Of a DNA stretch of 64,000 nt, positions 28,851-43,074 are shown one piece after another (position 1 is the first letter of the stretch; each line of letters starts with the position of its first letter). The stretch is from Eledone cirrhosa (lineage: Eukaryota): positions 62,001-126,000 of the forward strand of contig OZ024761.1 in assembly GCA_964016885.1 (NCBI GenBank), in the 5' to 3' direction. A model generated the notes under the pieces. The model did no database searches. It was not told the origin of the DNA and saw only the letters and a list, made by a program, of their open reading frames with translations. Position numbers and translations under genes: made by a program.

Positions 28851-29039
28851 AGGTGAAGGTGGTGTTGTCAGATTTATTGTGTTGTTCCGTCTTACCTTGA
28901 CCCATCAAAGAACAGAAAAATACGAAAGCTCATTGATGGTTTCAGTGCATTGCTACATCATGCATGCATGGTCCCTTAACTCTTGAAGACGTCGTTGGGG
29001 CGCTGTATTGACATACGGCGTGTCTAGAGCATTTTAAAA

Positions 29040-29256
29040 CCTAGCGGAACCCATCTCCTCTCCAAGTTTGATCACAGCAGATTTCTTCCCGAGAAGGATA
29101 GAGAGAGTGTGGGAGAGAGAATGAAAGTGAGAAAGAGATATACAGGAAGAATCGACTTGACTGGTACTTTTTTTATTGACCTCTAATGAATGAAAGGTAA
29201 AGTTGACCGCAAAGCATTCTATTCGACATTCTAACGACTCTGCCAATTCGCCGCCA
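29040..29256 (-). mobile_element. S1-related SINE with an alternative 3' tail
   Basis: Reverse complement of 35015-35250. The same tail also occurs at 27937-28045. Confidence 0.65.
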
Positions 29257-29391
29257 TATTGCTAGCTCATACCTCGATATAATCTATCGTTCATCAAGGT
29301 GGGAGTAGAGAAAATTGAAGGTGGTGTTGGTCTGGGTATATTGACACACATTTTCTCCTTTCCATTTATTGTTCTACAATAGTGAGTAGCG

Positions 29392-29630
29392 TGGAAGCGT
29401 GTGACCTGGCCGAGTAGTAAGGGTATTGGACTTACGATCATAACGTCACAGGTTCGATTCCGTGATTGGGCTGTGTGTTGTGTTGCGTTCTTGAGCAAAG
29501 CACTTCATTTCCCGTTGCTCCAGTATACTCAGCTGAAAATGAGTACCAGCAATAGCTGGGTATTTAACTCGGTAATGGACAGGCGTCCTATGCAGAGGGG
29601 AGGGGGGTCTTGCACTCGCAGTTATGTAAC
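29392..29630 (+). mobile_element. CORE-type SINE (family S2)
   Basis: TGGCCGAGTAGTAAGG (A box), GGTTCGATTCC (B box), GTTCTTGAGCAAAGCACTT..CTCAGCTGAAAATGAG. Confidence 0.75.
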
Positions 29631-29631
29631 G

Positions 29632-30005
29632 CTATGAGGATTAGAGAAAGTTAAGACTTTGCCTTTCGTCCGTCTGGGGTCGATAAAATAAAGTACCAGT
29701 AAGATATTGGGGGTCGATATAATCAACTTTATCTAAACCACTTAACCCCGACCCTCACACACACACACACAAAGAAAAATGCTGGCCTTGGGCTCTAATT
29801 AGAAATCCTTCTATGAGGATTAGAGAAAGATAAGACTTTGCCTTTCGTCCGTCTGGGATCGATAAAATACTAGTAAGATAGTGAGGTCGATATAATTGAC
29901 GTTAACCCCCCCCCCCCCCATCAAACACCCACCCACCCACATTCACACACCCACACACATACAGAAAAATGATGGCGTTGTGGCAGAATTAGAAATCCAT
30001 CTATG
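29632..30005 (+). mobile_element. Two tandem 3' halves of the S1 SINE
   Basis: ~180-bp direct duplication containing CTTTGCCTTTCGTCC..GTCGATAAAATA. Confidence 0.7.
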
Positions 30006-30400
30006 AATATAAGAAAAAGATGTTATAATTGGCCTGAATTCTATCATCTCCCAGCTCGATATTATTTATTTGTCCTTCAATGGCAAGTAAAGGACAGTAA
30101 AGGTGTGGTTGATGATCTAAATGTATTTATTGTCATATTTTACCTTCCTGTTTCTTTGTTCTTCAAAGGAAACTTTTAAAAAAAGGGAGCCGCAGCGTTG
30201 TTGTTCGTCTCGTCATTATCTCTCCGCCATATTTCGCCATTTCCTTGTTTTTCAATCGATTGTAAACAAAGATAAGTTTGTGATTTATTCTCTCAATCTA
30301 TTTTCACATATCTCTCTCTCCCTTCCTCTCCCTTCCTCTCCCTTCCTCTCCTCTCCTTCCTCTCCCTTCCTCTCCCTTCCTCTCCCTTTCTCTTCCTCTA

Positions 30401-30478
<78 letters not shown>

Positions 30479-30633
30479 GCTCTTCCTCTCTCTCGCTCGC
30501 TCTTCCTTTTTCTTTCTCTTCCCCTCTCTCTTCCTTTCTCTTCCTTTCTCTTACTCTTCCCCTCTCCCTCCCCCCTTCGCCCTCTCTCTATATATAGCCA
30601 TCTCTCTCCCTCCTGCAACCCACTCATTCACCC

Positions 30634-30669
<36 letters not shown>

Positions 30670-30767
30670 CTCTATATATATCTATATATCAACCAGTATG
30701 CCCCAGTATATCTCTCCATCTGTCCACCAATGGAGAACAAAGTCGAAAATATTGTTAGTGTGGTTAC

Positions 30768-32890
30768 ACCACAACGATCACCCCCACAAACAACACCACC
30801 ACCACGATCACCCCCACAAACAACACCACCACCACGATCACCCCCACAAACAACACCACCACCACGATCACCTCCACAAACAACACCACCACCACCACCA
30901 CCCCCACAAACAAAACCACCACCACGATCACCTCCACAAACAACACCACCACCACGATCACCTCCACAAACAACACCACCACCACGATCACCCCCACAAA
31001 CAACACCACCACCACGATCACCCCCACAAACAACACCACCACCACGATCACCACCACAAACACCACCACCACGATCACCCCCACAAACAACACCACCACC
31101 ACGATCACCCCCACAAACAACACCACCACCACGATCACCCTCACAAACAACACCACCACCACGATCACCCCCACAAACAACACCACCACGATCACCCCCA
31201 CAAACAACACCACCACCACGATCACCCCCACAAACAACACCACCACGATCACCCCCACAAACAACACCACCACGATCACCCCCACAAACAACACCACCAC
31301 CACGATCACCCTCACAAACAACACCACCACCACGATCACCCCACAAACAACACCACCACGATCACCCCCACAAACAACACCACCACCACGATCACCCCCA
31401 CAAACAACACCACCACGATCACCCCCACAAACAACACCACCACGATCACCCCCACAAACAATACCACCACCACGATCACCCCCACAAACAACACCACCAC
31501 GATCACCCCCACAAACAACACCACCACCACGATCACCCCCCACAAACAACACCACCACCACGATCACCCCCACAAACACCACCACCACCACGATCACCCC
31601 CACAAACAACACCACCACCACGATCACCCCCACAAACAACACCACCACGATCACCCCCACAAACAACAACACCACGATCACCCCCACAAACAACACCACC
31701 ACCACGATCACCTCCACAAACAACACCACCAGCACGATCACCCCCACAAACAACACCACCACCACGATCACCACCACAAACAACACCACCACCACGATCA
31801 CCCCCACAAACAACACCACCACTACGATCACACCCACAAAAAACACCACCACCACCACGATCACCCCCACAAACAACACCACCACGATCAACCCCACAAA
31901 CAACACCACCACCACCACCACGATCACCCCCACAAACAACACCACCACCACGATCACCTCCACAAACAACACCACCAGCACGATCACCTCCACAAACAAC
32001 ACCACCACCACCACGATCACCCCCACAAACAACACCACCACCACCACCACCCCCACAAACAACACCACCACCACCACCACGATCACCCCCACAAACAACA
32101 CCACCACGATCACCCCCACAAACAACACCACCACCACGATCAACCCCACAAACAACACGACCACCACCACCACGATCACCCCCACAAACAACACCACCAC
32201 GATCACCCCCACAAACAACACCACCACGATCACCCCCACAAACAACAACACCACCACGATCACCTCCACAAACAACACCACCACGATCACCCCCACAAAC
32301 AACACCACCACCACGATCACCCCCACAAACAACAACACCACGATCACCCCCACAAACAACACCACCACCACGATCACCCCCACAAACAACACCACCACGA
32401 TCACCCCCACAAACAACACCACCACCACCACCACCCCCACAAACAACAACACCACCACCACGATCACCCCCACAAACAACACCACCACGATCACCCCCAC
32501 AAACAACACCACCACGATCACCTCCACAAACAACAACACCACCACCACGATCACCCCCACAAACAACACCACCACGATCACCCCCACAAACAACACCACC
32601 ACGATCACCTCCACAAACAACAACACCACCACCACGATCACCCCCACAAACAACACCACCACCACGATCACCCCCACAAACACCACCACCACCACCACCC
32701 CCACAAACACCACCACCACCACCACCCCCACAAACAACACCACCACGATCACCCCCACAAACAACACCACCACCACGATCACCCCCACAAACAACACCAC
32801 CACCACGATCACCCTCACAAACAACACCACCACCACGATCACCCCCACAAACACCCCCTCCCCCCACAAACAACACCACCACCACCACCA
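30768..32890. repeat. 27-36-bp minisatellite (CGATCACCCCCACAAACAACA(CCA)n), open in several frames
   Basis: About 70 units. Frames read [20 protein letters not shown] and TITPTNNTT. Coding status is unsupported. Confidence 0.9.
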
Positions 32891-33248
32891 TCCATCTTAC
32901 TGACAGTTGAAAGCCACAACATTAAACTTTACCATTGTTCAGTCAGTTCATATAAATAACATAGTTGCAAGTATACACTATGTTTTAATGTTGATGTATA
33001 TATATATTAGGATTGGTGCTCTGAAATAGCGATTTATAGTATAATATATTATACATACATACAATCATATATATATATAAATGAAAAGTATAGAAATTAT
33101 TGTAGTAAGAAGCCAACAGTATTCCATAATATATATATACATGTACACACACGAACATACATGCGTAGACACAGGCACACACACACGTGCGTCTGTGTGT
33201 GTGTTTGTGTGTGTGTGCGTATATATATATATATATAATCACTCTCAC

Positions 33249-33304
<56 letters not shown>

Positions 33305-33414
33305 GCATACACACACATGCTGGCATAAACATGTATATATACATAATCACACATACACACACACCTATATGGATATTGACACACACACATACACATACAC
33401 ACACACATATACGC

Positions 33415-33464
<50 letters not shown>

Positions 33465-33684
33465 TCACTCACGCGCATACACATATACATGTATAGAAAC
33501 ACAGACTAGTTGATAGCCCGAAGCCCTTATGTCCTTGTAATATAGAAGTCATTCAACACAAAAGGTGTCTTGAACACTTCTAGGTTTTCGACTCATTTTC
33601 GACTCATCGAACAGCGCGCGCGCACACACACGCGCACACACACATGTATATTTGAAGTTGTATATACATATATGTGTGTGTGTC

Positions 33685-33717
<33 letters not shown>

Positions 33718-33754
33718 GTGTATGTGTGTGTGTATGATATCCACACATACACCA

Positions 33755-33788
<34 letters not shown>

Positions 33789-34147
33789 TCATATACGTGT
33801 CTATGTATGTGTGTGTATACATATATGCACACACACACCCATACACAAATATATATATATATATACACGCACATTCATATACATTCATTTCATATATGTG
33901 TATATATATATATATGCATACGCACACCCTTATACAAATATATATATATATATATATACATGTACATTCATATATGTTTATATATATAGTCACACACACA
34001 CACATATTTATATATATACTCAAACACAAATATATTTGGTATATATATGAACACATACACCGTAGGTCGTACGCCATACGCCATATTGGATTTTCATTGA
34101 TTTTTTTTGTTTATGATTAAATGTTTCAAATTAGAATGATAGTACAT

Positions 34148-34440
34148 GCTATATTAGAGGAAGTTCTGAGAAGCCATGTTGTATTAAACAACAGTACTGG
34201 CTATATTAGAGGAAGTTCTGAGAAGCCATGTTATACTACAGCTAAATACAGTCTATATTAGAGGAAGTTCTGAGAAGCCATGTTGTATTACAGCTAAGTA
34301 CTAGCTATATTAGAGGAAGTGCTGAGAAGCCATATTGTATTACAGCTAAGTACTGGCTATATTACAGCTAGTTACAGACTGTAAAACAATTGTGATAGCC
34401 ATGTTGTTTTATAGCTAAGTACAGACTGTGTCCGGCAGTT
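34148..34440. repeat. ~52-bp tandem repeat x4, then degenerating
   Basis: CTATATTAGAGGAAGTTCTGAGAAGCCATGTTGTATTACAGCTAAGTACT. Confidence 0.85.
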
Positions 34441-34481
34441 GTAGTGTCCACGTTCTATTACTAGGTACAGATTATAATCTG

Positions 34482-34645
34482 CAGACCTGCCAACCTCTAA
34501 AAACCCAAACGGGGAGAAATGAGGCAAAATGGGGAGATTTTATATAATGAAAGCTATACCCATTTCTACAAGCGAAGACATCTCTCACCCACTCCAAAGT
34601 GGGTGGTAAATCTCCCCCGTCGGACGGGGAGAGTTGACAGGTCTG
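34482..34645. mobile_element. MITE with CAGACCTG(C/T)CAAC terminal inverted repeats
   Basis: 13-bp TIR with one mismatch and a subterminal GGGGAGA hairpin. The termini look hAT-like but there is no clean 8-bp TSD. Confidence 0.6.
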
Positions 34646-35012
34646 AGGTCCAGACTATAATTTGTTATAAATCATATACTGGTATGTGTTATACAAACCA
34701 TAAACATCTGATACAGACCTGTATACGTAGAATACAGTGGAATAATTGATTTTATATGAAAACATCGCAGTTGCCGACATTACACGTATCACTTAGTGGC
34801 TGATTAAATTTACGTTTGAGATGGAATTAGAGTTCTTTTTTAATTTAAATAGGGTTTGAATGTTTTGAATGTTTGAAATGATTTTCAGAGATAACTAAAA
34901 AGTCACCAACAACATCTCAACCACCCCCAACAGCAGATTCAGTGACCTAAAATGTCTACCACCCAATATCTTTCTAAAATTGTTTGAATAGGGCCTGTTT
35001 AAACTTATGAAA

Positions 35013-35250
35013 AGGAGGCGAATTGGCAGAGCTGTTAGAACGTGGCTTAGAGTGATTTGCTTTATTCGTTCCAGTTCTCTGTTCTCTGATTTCAAATCCC
35101 ACCGAGGTCAACTTTGCCTTTCATCTTTTCGAGATCGTTAAAGAAGAAGTACCAGTCTAGTACTGGGGTCGATTCTTCTTCTATGTCATTTTCTCACTTC
35201 CATTCTCTCTCACTTTCTATCCTTTCCCTGGGAAGGAGATATGTCCCGCC
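35013..35250 (+). mobile_element. S1-related SINE with an alternative tail
   Basis: GGCGAATTGGCAGAGCTGTTAG..GATTTCAAATCCC..CTTTGCCTTTCATC..AGTACCAGT. Confidence 0.7.
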
Positions 35251-35454
35251 TGATTTTCAAATAAAAAGTGCCATAAGAAACGCCGTATGCCAATAGGGCG
35301 ACCCTAAGACTCCGTCGGGAGTTACCAGAACATTCATCTATGCAAGCTTATGAAAAACAAAACGAAACCATCTTTGCCTCTTTAGTTTGAACAAGTAACT
35401 CCCAATACTTCAAGGTCACTGCCAGCCTATTTTGGCGGGATATAAACATGCACG

Positions 35455-35498
<44 letters not shown>

Positions 35499-35715
35499 GA
35501 AAGGATGAATATAAAATGAAAGTGCTTTTGTTAAAAAGCACTTGGAGGTGGTGGAGGTGGTGGTGGTGGTGGTGGTGGTGATGGTAATGTGTGGTGGTGT
35601 TCAGCATTGTTATTGTTTCTGTGCAGTGTAAGAAGTACATACAATTACATGCCTTACTTCTGTACAGTGTTGTAACGATATATTATCACTACATTATTGA
35701 TAACCTGAAATTTTA
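35499..35715 (+). mobile_element. Family D termini enclosing captured local sequence
   Basis: The ends match 6989-7030 and 7589-7632. The interior 35544-35671 is the reverse complement of ~36324-36450. Confidence 0.7.
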
Positions 35716-35801
35716 TATATATATATATATATATATATCCGCCTCCACTCACTCACTCACACACACACACACATACACACACACTCACACACACACACAC
35801 A

Positions 35802-35848
<47 letters not shown>

Positions 35849-35933
35849 TCACACACACACTCTCACACACACACACACACACTCACACACACACACACAC
35901 TCTCACACACACACACACACTCACACACACACA

Positions 35934-35995
<62 letters not shown>

Positions 35996-36007
35996 CATTC
36001 ACACACA

Positions 36008-36105
36008 CAGGGTGTCCACAAAAATGTTTACACACTTCAACAGCATTCTAATAAATATTGCCTGTACAGGTAATCAAAGTGTGTATACACTTTTGGGACA
36101 CCCTA
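36008..36105. mobile_element. Tc1/mariner-type MITE
   Basis: TIRs CAGGGTGTCCACAAAAATGTTTACACACTT and AAGTGTGTATACACTTTTGGGACACCCT, in a TA context. Confidence 0.7.
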
Positions 36106-36399
36106 TATATATACTTATATACATGTATATATATATGCATATATATATATGCATGTATATATATATATATATATATAGTGTGTGTCTATCTAGAGTGAAA
36201 GACGAGTAAGAACTGATTGATAAGCACTGATTTGTAATTAATTACTGAATGCAATTAAGAGATATAATTGTGTGGACTGCTCACGCTGCACACTAACAGC
36301 AACAGCAACAGCAACAAGATCAACAACACTGCACAGAAGTAAGGCATGTAATTGTATGTACTTCTTACACTGCACAGAAACAATAACAATGCTGAACAC

Positions 36400-36443
36400 C
36401 ACCACACATTACCATCACCACCACCACCATCACCACCTCCACC

Positions 36444-36474
<31 letters not shown>

Positions 36475-36652
36475 GCACTGCACAGCACCACCACCACCAA
36501 CAACAACAACAACACTGCACACCACCACCACCACTACCACCACCACCAATAACAACAACACTGCACCCCCCCGCCACCAACAACAACAACAACAGCACTG
36601 CACAGCACCACCACCACCAACAACAACAACAACACTGCACACCACCGTCACC

Positions 36653-36684
<32 letters not shown>

Positions 36685-36793
36685 CAACACTGCACACCAC
36701 CATCACAACCACCACCAACAACAACAACAACAACAACAACAACACTGCACACCTTCACCACCACCACCACCACCAATAACAACAACACTGCAC

Positions 36794-36825
<32 letters not shown>

Positions 36826-37037
36826 GACTGCACACCACCACCACCGCCACCACCTCCACCACCACCGCCACCACCAATAACAACAACACTGCACACTGCA
36901 CACCGCCACCACCACCACTACCACCACCACCAATAACAACAACACTGCACACCACCACCACCACCAACAACACCACCAACAACAACACTGCACACCTCCA
37001 CCAACAACAACCAACAACAACAACACTGCACACCTCC

Positions 37038-37069
<32 letters not shown>

Positions 37070-37129
37070 CAAAACTGCACACCTCCACCACCACCAACAC
37101 CACCACCAACAACAACACTGCATACCTCC

Positions 37130-37161
<32 letters not shown>

Positions 37162-37334
37162 CAACAACAACACTGCACACCTCCACCACCACCAACACCA
37201 ACAACAACAACACTGCACACCACCACCACCACCAACAACACCACCACCACCACCAACACCACCAACAACAACAACACTGCACACCACCACCACCACCACC
37301 ACCACCACCACCACCAACAACAACAACACTGCAC

Positions 37335-37365
<31 letters not shown>

Positions 37366-38955
37366 CTGCACACCTCCACCACCACCACCAACACCACCAA
37401 CAACAACAACAACACTGCACACCACCACCAACAACAACAACAACTGCACACCATATTAACACACAACAACACCAACTGCACACAATGTCTATATGACACA
37501 AATACAACTACCTATTGCAGCAACGCTGCACATTAGAGAAACCAGCTGACTATAGCATTGTTGCAGCAACAACAGCAGCTGCTGCAGTAGCTGTAGTAGT
37601 AGTGGTGGTCGTAGTGGTGGTAATAGCGGTGGTGGTGGTAGTGGTGCTAGTAATAGCAGTGCTATAGTGCTAGTAATAGTAGTGGTGGTGGTAATGGTGG
37701 TGGTAGTGGTAGTTTGGTAGTAGTGTTGGTAGTAGTGGTGGTAGTGGTGGTGGTAGCGGTGGTAATAGGAGTGGTGGTGCTAATAGTGGTGGTGGTAATG
37801 GTGCTAGTAGTAGTGGTGCTAGTAGTAGTATTAGTGGTGGCAGTAGTGGTGGTAGTGGTAGTTTGGTAGTAGTGGTGGTAGTGGTAGTAATAGGAGTGGT
37901 GGTGCTAATAGTGGTGGTAGTAGTGGTGTTAGTAGTTATGGTGCTAGTAGTAGTAGTAGTGGTGCTAGTAGTATTAGTGGAGGTGGTAGTAGTAGTATTA
38001 GTGTTAGTGGTATTAGTAGTGTTGGTAGTAGTAGTAGTAGGGGTAGTGGTAGTTGTTTTTGTTATAGTAGGCCTTTTCTATTTTAATTTAGTAGTATTAG
38101 TAGTAGCAATGATAGTAGTAGTGGTTGTAGTAGTAGTAGTATCTGTTTTATTGAGGTAATCTGTCATAGTAGTAGTAGTGGTAGTATTGTAGTAGTAGTA
38201 GCAGTAACAACAACAATAGTATTGTTATTGTTGTTGTAGTAGTATTAGTAGTGATGCTAAGAGTGTTGTTGTTGTAGTAGCAGCACTAGAGGTGGTGGTA
38301 GTAGTATGTAAGTCTGTTGCTGTTATTGTTGTAGCACTGCTCTTGGTAGTTGTGGTAGTAGTATCTGTTGTGGTAGTAGTAGCGGTAGTAGTATTAGTTG
38401 TGGTAGTAGTAGTATTAGTTGTGGTACGTCTGTTATGGTTGTAACACTGGTGGTAGTAGTAGTGATATCAGTAGTAGTAGTTATTGTTGTAGCACTGGTA
38501 GTAGTAGTAGTTGTGGCACTGATGGTACCACTACAACTACTCATACTACTATCACTACTACCACCACCAGTGTTACCACTACTACTACTGATACTACTAC
38601 TACTACTACTACCACTACTGATACTACTACCACTACTACCACCTGTGCTACAATAACAACTACAACAACTATCAGTACTGATACTACTACCACTACTACC
38701 ACCTGTGCTACAATAACAACTACAACAGCTATCAGTACTGATACTACTACCACTACTACCACCTGTGCTACAATAACAACTACAACAGCTATCAGTACTG
38801 ATACTACTACCACTACGGTAGTAGTATCAGTAGTTGTAGCTGTTGTAGTTGTTATTGTAGCACTGGTGGTAGTAGTGGTAGTTGTCTCAGTAGTAGTAGT
38901 AGTATCAGTAGTATTAGTAGTGGTAGTAGTATCAGTAATAGTAGTAGCAGTAGTT
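36400..38955. repeat. (CAC/CAA)n tract with CTGCAC nodes, then a (TAG/TGG)n tract with an internal inversion
   Basis: Direct inspection; the repeat switches strand at ~38525-38815. Confidence 0.9.
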
Positions 38956-39473
38956 TACGTAATATAAAAGGCGACTCAATGAACAGGCTGTATATGAAGA
39001 CGTTACGTGATATTTTACCGGTGAAATACGAAATACAACAACCTAGCACTTGATATTCTCTCTTCCCCCTTCACTCTCTATCTCTCCCTTTCACCCATTA
39101 TCTCTCCCTTTCACCCGCTATCTCTCCTTTTCATCCTCTATCTCTCCCTTTCACCCGCTATCTCTCCTTTTCACCCGCTATCTCTCCCTTTAACCCGCTA
39201 TCTCTCCTTTTCATCCTCTATCTCTCCCTTTCTCTCTATCTCACTCACCCTTTCTCTCTCTCTCACTCTCTCTCTCACTCTCTCTCTCTCAGCCTCTCTT
39301 TCACCCTCTCTCTCACCCTCTCTCTCACCTTCTCTCTCATCCTCTCTCTCACCCTCTCTCTCACCCTCTCTCTCACCCCCTCTCTCTCTCTATATATATA
39401 TATATTCTCTCCCTCTCTATCTTTGTCTCTATCTGGGGATTTGGTGAGATTCACCTCTATTTTTCTCTTTCTC

Positions 39474-39522
<49 letters not shown>

Positions 39523-39544
39523 ATATATATATATAAATATATAT

Positions 39545-40377
39545 ATATGTATACATATATAGATTTAAATGTATATATATGTATACATATATAGATATAA
39601 ATGTATATATATGTATACATATATAGATATAAATGTATATATATGTATACATATATAGATATAAATGTATATATATGTATACATATATAGATATAAAAGT
39701 ATATATATGTATACATATATAGATATAAATGTATATATATGTATACATATATAGATATAAATGTATATATATGTATACATAGATAGATATAAATGTATAT
39801 ATATGTATACATATATAGATATAAATGTATATATATGTATACATAGATAGATATAAATGTATATATATGTATACATAGATAGATATAAATGTATATATAT
39901 GTATACATAGATAGATATAAATGTATATATACGTATACATAGATAGATATAAATGTATATATATGTATACATAGATAGATATAAATGTATATATATGTAT
40001 ACATATATAGATATAAATGTATATATATGTATACATACATAGATATAAATGTATATATATGTATACATACATAGATATAAATGTATATATATGTATACAT
40101 ACATAGATATAAATGTATATATATGTATACATACATAGATATAAATGTATATATATGTATACATACATAGATATAAATGTATATATATGTATACATACAT
40201 AGATATAAATGTATATATATGTATACATACATAGATATAAATGTATATATATGTATACATACATAGATATAAATGTATATATATGTATACATACATAGAT
40301 ATAAATGTATATATATGTATACATAGATAGATATAAATGTATATATATGTATACATATATAGATATAAATGTATATA
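39545..40377. repeat. 32-bp AT-rich minisatellite (ATAGATATAAATGTATATATATGTATACATAN)
   Basis: About 26 units, with variants arranged in blocks. Confidence 0.9.
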
Positions 40378-40464
40378 TTAAACACACGTACGTAAACATT
40401 TGTGGTTTAGCGGTTATTAACGGGTTTCATAGTCACATTAAATTGTCCCTCATTCTGCTGTTGT

Positions 40465-40543
<79 letters not shown>

Positions 40544-41095
40544 AACATATATATATATATGTGTGTGTGTGTGTGTATATATATATGTATAGATGCATGT
40601 ATATATATATATATATAAACATATATATATATATAAACATATATATATGTATAAACATATATATATGCACATGTATACACATATATGTGTGTGGGTGTGT
40701 GTATATACATGTGTATATATATATATATAAACATGTATATGCACATATATATATGTGTGTGTGTGTGTGTATATATATACATGTATATATATAAACATAT
40801 ATATATATATGCACATGTATACACATATATATCTGTGTGTGTATATATATATATATATGTATATATATGTGTGCGTGTGTGTGTGTATACATGCATATAT
40901 ATATGTACGTAAATATACAGAGGCCCTCAAGTAAGGAGTGAGGTCATCCATTGCAATACAGAAAAAGCATAGAAAACCCTTGACAAATTCTCGATCACCC
41001 TTCAACTTTAACACCCACACAAATGTATTAGAAATGCAGTTGTCTGTTTCAAGCTATCAATTATCTGAACCCAATAGAATATACTTAGAGTCTAT

Positions 41096-41177
<82 letters not shown>

Positions 41178-41623
41178 GGAGAGTGACAGAGAGAAGCTAC
41201 TGAAATTCACCTATATCTTATATGTATATTTTACATATTACATTATGTATATTTTATATATTATATCATAAATATTATATAATAAATATTGTATTATATA
41301 TATTATCTATATTGTATCATATATATTATATGCATATTATATGTGTATTATATATATGTATATTATATATATATATATATATACATATATATATACATAT
41401 ATATACATATATCTCGTGTTATTATTTTTATCCTTTACGCTCTTTCCTACATTCTTCTACACGCTACATATCTCAAGCTACATTCACTTACATCTCTCTC
41501 TCCACCACCGGATTTTGTTACCCGGAGATTTACCCATCTGCATTGTTGAGGCTTCCAAAACGACCTAAGGAAATATACCATATATATATACGTATATATA
41601 TATACATATATGTATATATATTC

Positions 41624-41656
<33 letters not shown>

Positions 41657-41659
41657 CAG

Positions 41660-41900
41660 TGATATTAAATAAATGGAAACTGTATTTATAAAACCATATT
41701 TATTCTATTATATATATTTCAAGGGTACCACAATTTTGGTACGCTATCATCAGATCAAATACAAAGTGTGTTTTATATTCAAGGAGAATATACCTTAACG
41801 GTTCAAGTTATCCCTGGATAGAAAAACTGTTGAGTGCTCTGGATCAGTTATAAACATTTATATTTGTTGAATTAGCAACAAATTGAATATCCTTTCTGCT
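41660..41900 (-). mobile_element. Family A pseudo-LTR copy (diverged) with an HHR at 41701-41761
   Basis: TATTTGAT-CTGATGA-TAGCGTACCA-AAATTG-TGGTACCCTT-GAAA-TATATA-TA^ATAGAATA. Confidence 0.75.
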
Positions 41901-41932
<32 letters not shown>

Positions 41933-41969
41933 ACAGAGCCTGCATAGGACAAATACAACGGAAAAACAG

Positions 41970-42063
<94 letters not shown>

Positions 42064-42212
42064 AATTAAAATACTAGAGTGTGTTGGAGTTAAACAGACT
42101 CTTCATATTATAGAAATGACAGTATAAGATATAGCTCAATGTAATTAAACAGAGCCGAAGAATTATAAAAAATAAACCAAAGAAGCCTTCAATACATCAA
42201 AAGTCTTTATTA

Positions 42213-42250
42213 GCCAACAATGTTTCGTCCTATTAAAGACTCATCAGGGC
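42213..42250 (-). ncRNA. Minimal type-I hammerhead ribozyme
   Basis: GCC-CTGATGA-GTCT-TTAATA-GGAC-GAAA-CATTG-TT^GGC: canonical core, inside an element that begins at (TA)n (42061). Confidence 0.8.
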
Positions 42251-42689
42251 AAGTAAAGCTACAAGAAGCACTATCGGCTAATACAAGCCAAAAACTCAGA
42301 AGAATATGGAGTATACATCTATTAAAGCCTAGGAAGGATATCAAGGAAAAGTAGACTAATATTAAGAGCGAGCAGTTACAAACATAGATATGGACCAAAT
42401 AACAAGGAAGTGATTAACATGTTGAACCCACATTGCAAATATTATATAATGCAAAAACTTGAAACACAAATGGCAATATAATGCGAGAATTACAGTACGA
42501 TATAGAATATATTATATGTACAAAGAGTCGTTCGCTAAAACGTGAACAACGTCGTACTTAACGTAACTTAATGTGCACGTGGAAATACAGTGCTCAGTCA
42601 GGAGGAGTGCAGAATAAACCCTTTAAGAATGGTCACTAATCTGGTATGGTGAAATTTGGGCTTTGAAATCCTTTTGTTCCGTGTATTAA

Positions 42690-42845
42690 CATTTGCGTAC
42701 TGAGGTCACATCCCGTCGAGGTTAGCTTTGTTTTTCAGCTTTACTGGGTCGATGAAATATTGCACCAGTAACGCAATGGGGTCGATTTAATCGACTTTCC
42801 TCTTCCATTCAAATTGGTGGCCTTGTGCCTAAAGTAGAATCCATT
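42690..42845 (+). mobile_element. S1 SINE, 5'-truncated
   Basis: B-box remnant, central domain and tail GTGCCTAAAGTAGAA. Confidence 0.7.
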
Positions 42846-42865
42846 ATAATATATATATATATATG

Positions 42866-43060
42866 TAGGAAAAAGTATGACCCCGACGGCAGAGTTCAAG
42901 CCGTTTCGACGGGTTTTCTGGAGTCCAGAAATAGCCATCGAAACGGCTTGAGCTCTGCCGTCGGGGTCATACTTTTTCCTATTTCTCACTCTACTACTCT
43001 AAGTATTGAGTACTCTGGTGCGTTATGGTCCATCTGGTTCCTTACCACAATTCCTTTGTT
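42866..43060 (+). mobile_element. Family B fold-back element (divergent copy)
   Basis: ~115-bp terminal palindrome plus an ~80-bp tail, flanked by (TA)n. Confidence 0.85.
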
Positions 43061-43074
43061 ATATATATATATAT

